The notes beneath the pieces are model-generated. The model saw only the letters and a list, made by a program, of their open reading frames with translations, had not been told where the DNA came from and ran no database searches. Below are positions 30,001 through 41,149 of a DNA stretch of 64,000 nt, in pieces. The position numbers and the translations under genes were made by a program. Source of the stretch: Auanema rhodensis (Eukaryota; Animalia; Nematoda); assembly GCA_964057225.1 (NCBI GenBank), contig OZ059896.1:3162001-3226000 (forward strand). The letters run 5' to 3'. Every line of letters starts with the position of its first letter. Within the stretch, counting starts at the first letter, position 1.

Positions 30001-32424
30001 GATATAAGTTCACACTTATATCCTCGATTTTCACCGTGAAGAATTAATTTTTTTGTTGAATACCAATGTCCATCGTCTTTGTCTTGAAAAAAGGAATCTA
30101 AAAACATCTACTTTTTGTGAAATTATTTTGAAATTTTTCGGGAAAATTTTTGTCAAAATGTTTTTGGAAGCAATGTTGAGTGTACATGGAAACTCAACAT
30201 ACACTAATGCATCATTTTTCAAACGATCATAACTAATTTTTGTATTGAGTGTTTCCCAATGTAGTATAGTGCATTCGATGTGGATTTTTAAGCTGCGTCG
30301 ATCTGTGTTATCAGATTTGCGCTAGCTTGAAAATGCACCGAGATATCAACTGATATAGGTTCACACTTATATCCTCGATTTTCACCGTGAAGAATTAATT
30401 TTTTTGTTGAATAACAATGTCCATCGTCTTTGTCTTGAAAAAAGGAATCTAAAAACATCTACTTTTTGTGAAATTATTTTGAAATTTTTCGGGAAAATTT
30501 TTGTCAAAATGTTTTTGGAAGCAATGTTGAGTGTACATGGAAACTCAACATACACTAATGCATCATTTTTCAAACGATCATAACTAATTTTTGTATTGAG
30601 TGTTTCCCAATGTAGTATAGTGCATTCGATGTGGATTTTTAAGCTGCGTCGATCTGTGTTATCAGATTTGCGCTAGCTTAAAAATGCACCGAGATATCAA
30701 CTGATATAGGTTCACACTTATATCCTCGATTTTCACCCTGAAGAATTAATTTTTTTGTTGAATAACAATGTCCATCGTCTTTGTCTTGAAAAAAGGAATC
30801 TAAAAACATCTACTTTTTGTGAAATTATTTTGAAATTTTTCGGGAAAATTTTTGTCAAAATGTTTTTGGAAGCAATGTTGAGTGTACATGGAAACTCAAC
30901 ATACACTAATGCATCATTTTTCAAACGATCATAACTAATTTTTGTATTAAGCTTTTCTTAATGTAGTATAGTGCATTCGATGCGGATTTTTAAGCTGCGT
31001 CGATCTGTGTTATCAGATTTGCGCTAGCTTAAAAATGCACCGAGATATCAACTGATATAAGTTCACACTTATATCCTCGATTTTCACCCTGAAGAATTAA
31101 TTTTTTTGTTGAATAACAATGTCCATCGTCTTTGTCTTAAAAAAAGGAATCTAAAAACATCTACTTTTTGTGAAATTATTTTGAAATTTTTCGGGAAAAT
31201 TTTTGTCAAAATGTTTTTGGAAGCAATGTTGAGTGTACATGGAAACTCAACATACACTAATGCATCATTTTTCAAACGATCATAACTAATTTTTGTATTA
31301 AGCTTTTCTTAATGTAGTATAGTGCATTCGATGCGGATTTTTAAGCTGCGTCGATCTGTGTTATCAGATTTGCGCTAGCTTGAAAATGCACCGAGATATC
31401 AACTGATATAGGTTCACACTTATATCCTCGATTTTCACCGTGAAGAATTAATTTTTTTGTTGAATAACAATGTCCATCGTCTTTGTCTTGAAAAAAGGAA
31501 TCTAAAAACATCTACTTTTTGTGAAATTATTTTGAAATTTTTCGGGAAAATTTTTGTCAAAATGTTTTTGGAAGCAATGTTGAGTGTACATGGAAACTCA
31601 ACATACACTAATGCATCATTTTTCAAACGATCATAACTAATTTTTGTATTGAGTGTTTCCCAATGTAGTATAGTGCATTCGATGTGGATTTTTAAGCTGC
31701 GTCGATCTGTGTTATCAGATTTGCGCTAGCTTAAAAATGCACCGAGATATCAACTGATATAAGTTCACACTTATATCCTCGATTTTCACCCTGAAGAATT
31801 AATTTTTTTGTTGAATAACAATGTCCATCGTCTTTGTCTTGAAAAAAGGAATCTAAAAACATCTACTTTTTGTGAAATTATTTTGAAATTTTTCGGGAAA
31901 ATTTTTGTCAAAATGTTTTTGGAAGCAATGTTGAGTGTACATGGAAACTCAACATACACTAATGCATCATTTTTCAAACGATCATAACTAATTTTTGTAT
32001 TGAGTGTTTCCCAATGTAGTATAGTGCATTCGATGTGGATTTTTAAGCTGCGTCGATCTGTGTTATCAGATTTGCGCTAGCTTAAAAATGCACCGAGATA
32101 TCAACTGATATAAGTTCACACTTATATCCTCGATTTTCACCCTGAAGAATTAATTTTTTTGTTGAATAACAATGTCCATCGTCTTTGTCTTGAAAAAAGG
32201 AATCTAAAAACATCTACTTTTTGTGAAATTATTTTGAAATTTTTCGGGAAAATTTTTGTCAAAATGTTTTTGGATGCATTGTTGAGTGTACATGAAAACT
32301 CAACATACACTAATGCATCATTTTTCAAACGATCATAACTAATTTTTGTATTGAGCGTTTCTCCATGTAGTATAGTGCATTCGATGCGGATTTTTGAGCT
32401 GCGTCGATCTGTGTTATCAGATTT
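1..32424. repeat. Satellite array A: about 92 head-to-tail copies of a 351-bp monomer (353-bp variants), open at the left window edge
   Basis: Near-identical text recurs every 351 bp (ORF-track starts 178, 529, 880, ...). Monomers differ by a few SNPs and a T7/T9 tract. The array stops abruptly after ...TTATCAGATTT at 32424. Confidence 0.99.
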
Positions 32425-32443
32425 ACTTCAACTTCTAATCAAC

Positions 32444-32470
32444 AACCCAACGGCCCTCTTTAGGGCCACA
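32444..32470 (+). promoter_or_regulatory. Histone mRNA 3' stem-loop (SLBP/CDL-1 binding hairpin), orphaned from its CDS
   Basis: AACCCAAC-GGCCCT-CTTT-AGGGCC-ACA: canonical 6-bp stem and 4-nt loop with A/C-rich 5' flank and ACA 3' flank. C at loop position 1 is the form known from C. elegans histone genes. Confidence 0.9.
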
Positions 32471-32789
32471 TTTAAATTTGATGTATTCATAATGATTTAT
32501 AATATAATACTGTGTCTGTCTTGTCTTTTTTTGCTATGTAATGATAATTGATAGGATATGTTTCGCTGTTATGTAAAGAAGAATCCCTATCTTTGATACT
32601 CCATATCCATCTCTATTTTTTTTTATGAATTTCATTAATTATGCTTTCATGTTGATAACAACAACAGTGATCATATCTAATGCCTCACATGTTTCTATTC
32701 CACGTTTGTTCGCAAATAAACAGTTGTTTATGTTATTCTTATCGTTTATATAAAATTTAAATATACATTTCTAGAATTGAGCGGCAAAA

Positions 32790-32903
32790 TTAAGCGCCAA
32801 TATGCTTGGTGGCGATTACAATGGGTTTTTGCGCGGTGACCTCTACAGCACTAGTATATAACGGAGATGCTAGGGTTACTATTCAACACACAGCTTGATC
32901 AGC
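32790..32903 (+). promoter_or_regulatory. Probable histone H4 core promoter and 5'UTR
   Basis: CCAAT at 32797-32801, TATATAA at 32855-32861, CTATTCA initiator-like site at about 32879-32885, short A/C-rich leader, then the H4-like ATG at 32904. Confidence 0.6.
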
Positions 32904-32948
32904 ATGTCTGAACGTGGTAAAGGAGGAAAAGGTCTTGAATTTATATGA
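32904..32948 (+). pseudogene. H4: 5' fragment of histone H4 (truncated pseudogene)
   Basis: ATG TCT GAA CGT GGT AAA GGA GGA AAA GGT CTT GAA TTT ATA TGA = MSERGKGGKGLEFI*, versus the conserved H4 N-terminus MSGRGKGGKGLG (10/12; both differences are one G>A change from GGA). 'GKGL' favours H4 over H2A. Confidence 0.85.
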
Positions 32949-33015
32949 TTGAATAATAAAATAGTGATTGACTTATCTGTGCTATGTGCTTGTTGTTGAT
33001 TAGAAGTTGAAGTAA

Positions 33016-33271
33016 TGATGCTGACTACAACCGCTCTTTCTTTTTTTTTAAATGATATGATTGTTTAGATTTTCATTGCTTGCTTATGCTATTTTGAAAA
33101 TTTGAATATTCTTAGTGTTGTATTTTTTTTAATTTTTATTTTTTCTCTTTTTTTTTTCATATTTATACTTATATATATAAATATAATGTATATATTGAGA
33201 TTTAGCTAACTAGTTAATATATTAGCATTTGTACAGTTCGGCTTTCATTGACGTTAGGAATGTGGGCGTGG
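33016..33271. other. Unique AT-rich, low-complexity spacer between the histone relic and satellite B
   Basis: Poly-T and (TA)n tracts, no ORF, no evident similarity to either satellite. Confidence 0.7.
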
Positions 33272-33510
33272 TTTATTTACTCTAGTATACTCTATACATC
33301 TCCTGATAATTGTTTGATCTTATTTATATTTGTTGAAAATTCTTCACATTTTCTTATTGAAAGTGCTTCTTGATTTTTCTTCTTTGCTTTTATTATTTGA
33401 TTTTACAATGACTTGATATAACTTTCTTTTGTATCCTGTTCATGGAATGAATAATTATATACTGTAGTATAATTTGTACATCTCTTGATAATTGTTTGTT
33501 CTTATTTGTT
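33272..33510 (-). repeat. Degenerate, reverse-oriented edge copies (about 1.3 monomers) of satellite B
   Basis: Reverse complement matches satellite B with many mismatches (e.g. TTTTCTTATTGAAAGTGCTTCTTGA, GTATCCTGTTCATGGAAT, TGTACATCTCTTGATAATT). Confidence 0.9.
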
Positions 33511-36500
33511 ATCCATGAACAGGATACGAAAGAAAGTTATAACAAGTCATTGAAAAATTAAGTATTAAAAACAAAAAAAAAGTATCAAGAAGCATTTTCA
33601 GTAAGAAAACATGAAGAAATTTTAACAAATACAAATAAGAATGAGAAAATTATCAAGAGATGCATAACGTATTATAGAGTATCAGTAAACATTTAAAATA
33701 TGAACAGGATTCAAAAAAAGTAATATCAATTCATGGGAAAGTATTAAAAGCAAAGAAGAAGTATCAAGAAGGATTTTCAGTAAGAAAACATGAAGAAAGT
33801 TTAACAAATACAAAGAAGAATGAGAAAATTATCAAGAGATATATAACGTACTATAGAGTATCAGTAAACATTTTAAATATGAACAGGTTTCAAAAAAAGT
33901 TATAACAAGTCATGGTAAAATCAAGTTTTAAAAGCAAAGAAGAAGTATCAAGAAGGATTTTCAGCAAGAAAACATGAAGAAATTTTAACAAATACAAAGA
34001 AGAATGAGAAAATTATCGAAAGATGTACAAATTATACTAGAGTATCAGTAAACATTTAAAATATGAACAGGTTTCAACAAAAGTAATATCAAGTCATGAT
34101 AAAATCAAGTATTAAAAACAAAAAAAAAATATCAAGAAGCATTTTCAGTAAGAAAACATGAAGAAATTTTAACAAATACAAAGAAGAATGAGAAAATTAT
34201 CAAGAGATATATAACGTACTATAGAGTATCAGTAAACATTTTAAATATGAACAGGTTTCAAAAAAAGTTATAACAAGTCATGGTAAAATCAAGTTTTAAA
34301 AGCAAAGAAGAAGTATCAAGAAGGATTTTCAGCAAGAAAACATGAAGAAATTTTAACAAATACAAAGAAGAATGAGAAAATTATCGAAAGATGTACAAAT
34401 TATACTAGAGTATCAGTAAACATTTAAAATATGAACAGGTTTCAACAAAAGTAATATCAAGTCATGATAAAATCAAGTATTAAAAACAAAAAAAAAGTAT
34501 CAAGAAGCATTTTCAGTAAGAAAACATGAAGAAATTTTAACAAATACAAAGAAGAATGAAAAAATTATCAAGAGATGCATAACGTATTATAGAGTATCAG
34601 TAAACATTTTAAATATGAACAGGTTTCAAAAAAAGTTATAACAAGTCATGGTAAAATCAAGTTTTAAAAGCAAAGAAGAAGTATCAAGAAGGATTTTCAG
34701 TAAGAAAACATGAAGAAATTTTAACAAATACAAAGAAGAATGAGAAAATTATCGAAAGATGTACAAAGTATACTAGAGTATCAGTAAACATTTAAAATAT
34801 GAACAGGTTTCAACAAAAGTAATATCAAGTCATGATAAAATCAAGTATTAAAAACAAAAAAAAAGTATCAAGAAGCATTTTCAGTAAGAAAACATGAAGA
34901 AATTTTAACAAATACAAAGAAGAATGAGAAAACTATCAAGAGATATATAACGTACTATAGAGTATCAGTAAACATTTTAAATATGAACAGGTTTCAAAAA
35001 AAGTTATAACAAGTCATGGTAAAATCAAGTTTTAAAAGCAAAGAAGAAGTATCAAGAAGGATTTTCAGCAAGAAAACATGAAGAAATTTTAACAAATACA
35101 AAGAAGAATGAGAAAATTATCGAAAGATGTACAAATTATACTAGAGTATCAGTAAACATTTAAAATATGAACAGGTTTCAACAAAAGTAATATCAAGTCA
35201 TGATAAAATCAAGTATTAAAAACAAAAAAAAAGTATCAAGAAGCATTTTCAGTAAGAAAACATGAAGAAATTTTAACAAATACAAAGAAGAATGAAAAAA
35301 TTATCAAGAGATGCATAACGTATTATAGAGTATCAGTAAACATTTTAAATATGAACAGGTTTCAAAAAAAGTTATAACAAGTCATGGTAAAATCAAGTTT
35401 TAAAAGCAAAGAAGAAGTATCAAGAAGGATTTTCAGTAAGAAAACATGAAGAAATTTTAACAAATACAAAGAAGAATGAGAAAATTATCGAAAGATGTAC
35501 AAAGTATACTAGAGTATCAGTAAACATTTAAAATATGAACAGGTTTCAACAAAAGTAAAATCAAGTCATGATAAAATCAAGTATTAAAACAAAAAAAAAG
35601 TATCAAGAAGCATTTTCAGTAAGAAAACATGAAGAAATTTTAACAAATACAAAACAGAATGACAAAATTATCGAAAGATGTACAAAGTATACTAGAGTAT
35701 CAGTAAACATTTAAAATATGAACAGGTTTCAACAAAAGTAAAATCAAGTCATGATAAAATCAAGTATTAAAAACAAAAAAAAAGTATCAAGAAGCATTTT
35801 CAGTAAGAAAACAGGAAGAAATTTTAACAAATACAAAAAAGAATGAGAAAATTATCAAGAGATGTACAAAATATACTAGAGTAAAATATTATTTATTCCA
35901 TGAACATGATACGAAAGAAAGTTATAACAAGTCATGGTAAAATCAAGTATTAAAAACAAAAAAAAGTATCAAGAAGCATCTTCAGTAGGAAAACATGAAG
36001 AAATTTTAACAAATACAAAAAAGAATGAGAAAATTATCGAAAGATGCATAACATATTATAGAGTATCAGTAAACATTTGGAATATGAACAGGTTTCAAAA
36101 AAAGTTATAACAAGTCATGGTAAAATCAAGTTTTAAAAGCAAAGAAGAAGTATCAAGAAGGATTTTCAGTAAGAAAACATGAAGAAATTTCAACAAATAC
36201 AAAAAAGAATGAGAAAATTATCGAAAGATGCATAACATATTATAGAGTATCAGTAAACATTTGGAATATGAACAGGTTTCAAAAAAAGTTATAACAAGTC
36301 ATGGTAAAATCAAGTTTTAAAAGCAAAGAAGAAGTATCAAGAAGGATTTTCAGTAAGAAAACATGAAGAAATTTTAACAAATACAAAGAAGAATGAAAAA
36401 ATTATCAAGAGATGCATAACGTATTATAGAGTATCAGTAAACATTTTAAATATGAACAGGTTTCAAAAAAAGTTATAACAAGTCATGGTAAAATCAAGTT

Positions 36501-38436
36501 TTAAAAGCAAAGAAGAAGTATCAAGAAGGATTTTCAGTAAGAAAACATGAAGAAATTTTAACAAATACAAAGAAGAATGAGAAAATTATCGAAAGATGTA
36601 CAAATTATACTAGAGTATCAGTAAACATTTAAAATATGAACAGGTTTCAACAAAAGTAATATCAAGTCATGATAAAATCAAGTATTAAAAACAAAAAAAA
36701 AGTATCAAGAAGGATTTTCAGTAAGAAAACATGAAGAAATTTTAACAAATACAAAGAAGAATGAAAAAATTATCAAGAGATGCATAACGTATTATAGAGT
36801 ATCAGTAAACATTTTAAATATGAACAGGTTTCAAAAAAAGTTATAACAAGTCATGGTAAAATCAAGTTTTAAAAGCAAAGAAGAAGTATCAAGAAGGATT
36901 TTCAGTAAGAAAACATGAAGAAATTTTAACAAATACAAAAAAGAATGAGAAAATTATCGAAAGATGCATAACATATTATAGAGTATCAGTAAACATTTAA
37001 AATATGAACAGGTTTCAAAAAAAGTAATATCATTTCATGGGGAAGTATTAAAAGCAAAGAAGAAGTATCAAGAAGGATTTTCAATAAGAAAACATGAAGA
37101 AATTTTAACAAATACAAAGAAGAATGAGAAAATTATCAAGAAATGTATAACGTATTATAGAGTATCAGTAAACATTTAAAATATGAACAGGTTTCAAAAA
37201 AAGTAATATCAATTCATGGGAAAATCGAGTTTTAAAAGCAAAGAAGAAGTATCAAGAAGGATTTTCAGTAAGAAAACATGAAGAAATTTTCAAGAATACA
37301 AAGAAGAATGAGAAAATTATCAAGAGATGTACAAAATATACTAGAGTAAAATATTATTTATTCCATGAACATGATACGAAAGAAAGTTATGACAAGTCAT
37401 GGTAAAATCAAGTATTAAAAACAAAAAAAAGTATCAAGAAGCATTTTCAGTAAGAAAACATGAAGAAATTTTAACAAATACAAAAAAGAATGAGAAAATT
37501 ATCGAAAGATGCTTAACATATTATAGAGTATCAGTAAACATTTAAAATATGAACAGGTTTCAAAAAAAGTAATATCATTTCATGGGGAAGTATTAAAAGC
37601 AAAGAAGAAGTATCAAGAAGGATTTTCAATAAGAAAACATGAAGAAATTTTAACAAATACAAAAAAGAATGAGAAAATTATCGAAAGATGCATAACATAT
37701 TATAGAGTATCAGTAAACATTTGGAATATGAACAGGTTTCAAAAAAAGTTATAACAAGTCATGGTAAAATCAAGTTTTAAAAGCAAAGAAGAAGTATCAA
37801 GAAGGATTTTCAGTAAGAAAACATGAAGAAATTTTAACAAATACAAAGAAGAATGAAAAAATTATCAAGAGATGCATAACGTATTATAGAGTATCAGTAA
37901 ACATTTTAAATATGAACAGGTTTCAAAAAAAGTTATAACAAGTCATGGTAAAATCAAGTTTTAAAAGCAAAGAAGAAGTATCAAGAAGGATTTTCAGTAA
38001 GAAAACATGAAGAAATTTTAACAAATACAAATAAGAATGAGAAAATTATCAAGAAATGTACAAAGTATACTAGAGTAAACTATTATTTATTCCATGAACA
38101 GGATACGAAAGAAAGTTATAACAAGTCATGGTAAAATCAAGTATTAAAAACAAAAAAAAAGTATCAAGAAGCATTTTCAGTAAGAAAACATGAAGAAATT
38201 TTAACAAATACAAATAAGAATGAGAAAATTATCAAGAAATGTACAAAGTATACTAGAGTAAATAATTATTTACTACATGAACAAGATACGAAAGAAAGTA
38301 ATATCAAGTCATGATAAAATCAAGTATTAAAAACAAAGAAGAAGTATCAAGTAGGATTTTCAATAAGAAAACATGAAGAAATTTTAACAAATACAAAGAA
38401 GAATGAGAAAATTATCAAGAAATGTATAACGTATTA

Positions 38437-38918
38437 GGCGCTGGTATTGTTTCGCCCACCCCCCCCCCCTAATAATCAGAGAGTTAACATTAGAGCGCGC
38501 TTATAACATTTTGGGGACACACCAGCTTTGCATAAACTAGCGGGAGTGCTCTATCCCAGATCCGGGGGGTCTGGGGGGGTATCCCCCCCAGATAGAGAAA
38601 GCTTCAACAAAATTTAGAAGTATTAAACTCGCAGAAATGAGACTGTATTTTCGAGTAAATAACGCATGATCTAAGATAACATTTTGGGCACGCACTAGCT
38701 TTGCATAAACCAGCGGGAGTGCTCTATCCCAAATCCGGGGGGTCTGGGGGGGTATCCCCCCCAGATAGAGAGAGCTTCAACAAAATTTAAAAGTATTAAA
38801 AGTATCAGAGAGAGCACTCCCACTCGCAGAGATGAGACTCTTTATTTTCAGGTAAAAAACGCATGCGCTCTAATGTTAACTCTTAGGGGGGGGGGGTGGG
38901 CGAAACGATACCAGCCCC
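38437..38918. mobile_element. Non-autonomous DNA transposon (MITE), 482 bp, 8-bp TSD ACGTATTA; Merlin-like by termini (superfamily tentative)
   Basis: TSD at 38429-38436 and 38919-38926, present once in empty monomers. TIRs GG(C/G)GCTGGTAT(T/C)GTTTCGCCCAC11TA..AGAGTTAACATTAGAGCGC at 38437-38498 and 38865-38918. Interior is two diverged direct repeats (38503-38675, 38676-38864); no ORF. Confidence 0.93.
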
Positions 38919-41149
38919 ACGTATTATAGAGTATCAGTAAACATTTAAAATATGAACAGGTTTCAAAAAAAGTAATATCATTTCATGGGGAAGTATTAAA
39001 AGCAAAGAAGAAGTATCAAGAAGGATTTTCAATAAGAAAACATGAAGAAATTTTAACAAATACAAAGAAGAATGAGAAAATTATCAAGAAATGTATAACG
39101 TATTATAGAGTATCAGTAAACATTTAAAATATGAACAGGTTTCAAAAAAAGTAATATCAATTCATGGGAAAATCGAGTTTTAAAAGCAAAGAAGAAGTAT
39201 CAAGAAGGATTTTCAGTAAGAAAACATGAAGAAATTTTTAAGAATACAAAGAAGAATGAGAAAATTATCAAGAAATGTACAAAGTATACTAGAGTAAATA
39301 ATTATTTACTACATGAACAAGATACGAAAGAAAGTAATATCAAGTCATGATAAAATCAAGTTTTAAAAACAAAAAAAAGTATCAAGAAGCATTTTCAGTA
39401 AGAAAACATGAAGAAATTTTAACAAATACAAATAAGAATGAGAAAATTATCAAGAGATATATAACGTACTATAGAGTATCAGTAAACATTTTAAATATGA
39501 ACAGGTTTCAAAAAAAGTTATAACAAGTCATAGTAAAATCAAGTTTTAAAAGCAAAGAAGAAGTATCAAGAAGGATTTTCAGTAAGAAAACATGAAGAAA
39601 TTTTAACAAATACAAAAAAGAATGACAAAATTATCGAAAGATGTACAAAGTATACTAGAGTATCAGTAAACATTTAAAATATGAACAGGTTTCAACAAAA
39701 GTAAAATCAAGTCATGATAAAATCAAGTATTAAAAACAAAAAAAAAGTATCAAGAAGCATTTTCAGTAAGAAAACAGGAAGAAATTTTAACAAATACAAA
39801 AAAGAATGAGAAAATTATCAAGAGATGTACAAAATATACTAGAGTAAAATATTATTTATTCCATGAACATGATACGAAAGAAAGTTATAACAAGTCATGG
39901 TAAAATCAAGTATTAAAAACAAAAAAAAGTATCAAGAAGCATCTTCAGTAGGAAAACATGAAGAAATTTTAACAAATACAAAAAAGAATGAGAAAATTAT
40001 CGAAAGATGCATAACATATTATAGAGTATCAGTAAACATTTGGAATATGAACAGGTTTCAAAAAAAGTTATAACAAGTCATGGTAAAATCAAGTTTTAAA
40101 AGCAAAGAAGAAGTATCAAGAAGGATTTTCAGTAAGAAAACATGAAGAAATTTCAACAAATACAAAAAAGAATGAGAAAATTATCGAAAGATGCATAACA
40201 TATTATAGAGTATCAGTAAACATTTGGAATATGAACAGGTTTCAAAAAAAGTTATAACAAGTCATGGTAAAATCAAGTTTTAAAAGCAAAGAAGAAGTAT
40301 CAAGAAGGATTTTCAGTAAGAAAACATGAAGAAATTTTAACAAATACAAAGAAAAATGAAAAAATTATCAAGAGATGCATAACGTATTATAGAGTATCAG
40401 TAAACATTTTAAATATGAACAGGTTTCAAAAAAAGTTATAACAAGTCATGGTAAAATCAAGTTTTAAAAGCAAAGAAGAAGTATCAAGAAGGATTTTCAG
40501 TAAGAAAACATGAAGAAATTTTAACAAATACAAAGAAGAATGAGAAAATTATCGAAAGATGTACAAATTATACTAGAGTATCAGTAAACATTTAAAATAT
40601 GAACAGGTTTCAACAAAAGTAATATCAAGTCATGATAAAATCAAGTATTAAAAACAAAAAAAAAGTATCAAGAAGGATTTTCAGTAAGAAAACATGGAGA
40701 AATTTTAACAAATACAAAGAAGAATGAAAAAATTATCAAGAGATGCATAACGTATTATAGAGTATCAGTAAACATTTTAAATATGAACAGGTTTCAAAAA
40801 AAGTTATAACAAGTCATGGTAAAATCAAGTTTTAAAAGCAAAGAAGAAGTATCAAGAAGGATTTTCAGTAAGAAAACATGAAGAAATTTTAACAAATACA
40901 AAAAAGAATGAGAAAATTATCGAAAGATGCATAACATATTATAGAGTATCAGTAAACATTTAAAATATGAACAGGTTTCAAAAAAAGTAATATCATTTCA
41001 TGGGGAAGTATTAAAAGCAAAGAAGAAGTATCAAGAAGGATTTTCAATAAGAAAACATGAAGAAATTTTAACAAATACAAAGAAGAATGAGAAAATTATC
41101 AAGAAATGTATAACGTATTATAGAGTATCAGTAAACATTTAAAATATGA

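Larger units (their letters stand above)
32423..33015. repeat. Perfect 24-bp inverted repeat pair (32423-32446 / 32992-33015) bracketing the histone relic
   Basis: TTACTTCAACTTCTAATCAACAAC at 32423-32446 is the exact reverse complement of GTTGTTGATTAGAAGTTGAAGTAA at 32992-33015. Confidence 0.95.

Noticed and set aside
178-32328. About 90 tandem 63-95 aa ORFs (MKNDALVYVEF...)
   Set aside because: Translations of the satellite monomer from a TTG start, with no recognisable domain; frameshifting indels (T7/T9, extra A near 20255) are tolerated.
33248-33272. TGACGT and GGGCGTGG motifs as a promoter
   Set aside because: Short isolated motifs with no associated gene or start site; cannot be supported from sequence alone.
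33880-33930. piRNA Ruby motif (GTTTCA) in satellite B
   Set aside because: Only a 6-nt match in AT-rich DNA, with no convincing downstream YRNT spacing.
38434-38440. Telomeric TTAGGC/TTAGGG units at the MITE ends
   Set aside because: Single hexamers formed by TSD/TIR sequence; not tandem.
38780-38812. MITE interior derived from satellite B (AAGTATTAAAAG shared)
   Set aside because: A 12-bp AT-rich match only; the remainder does not align.
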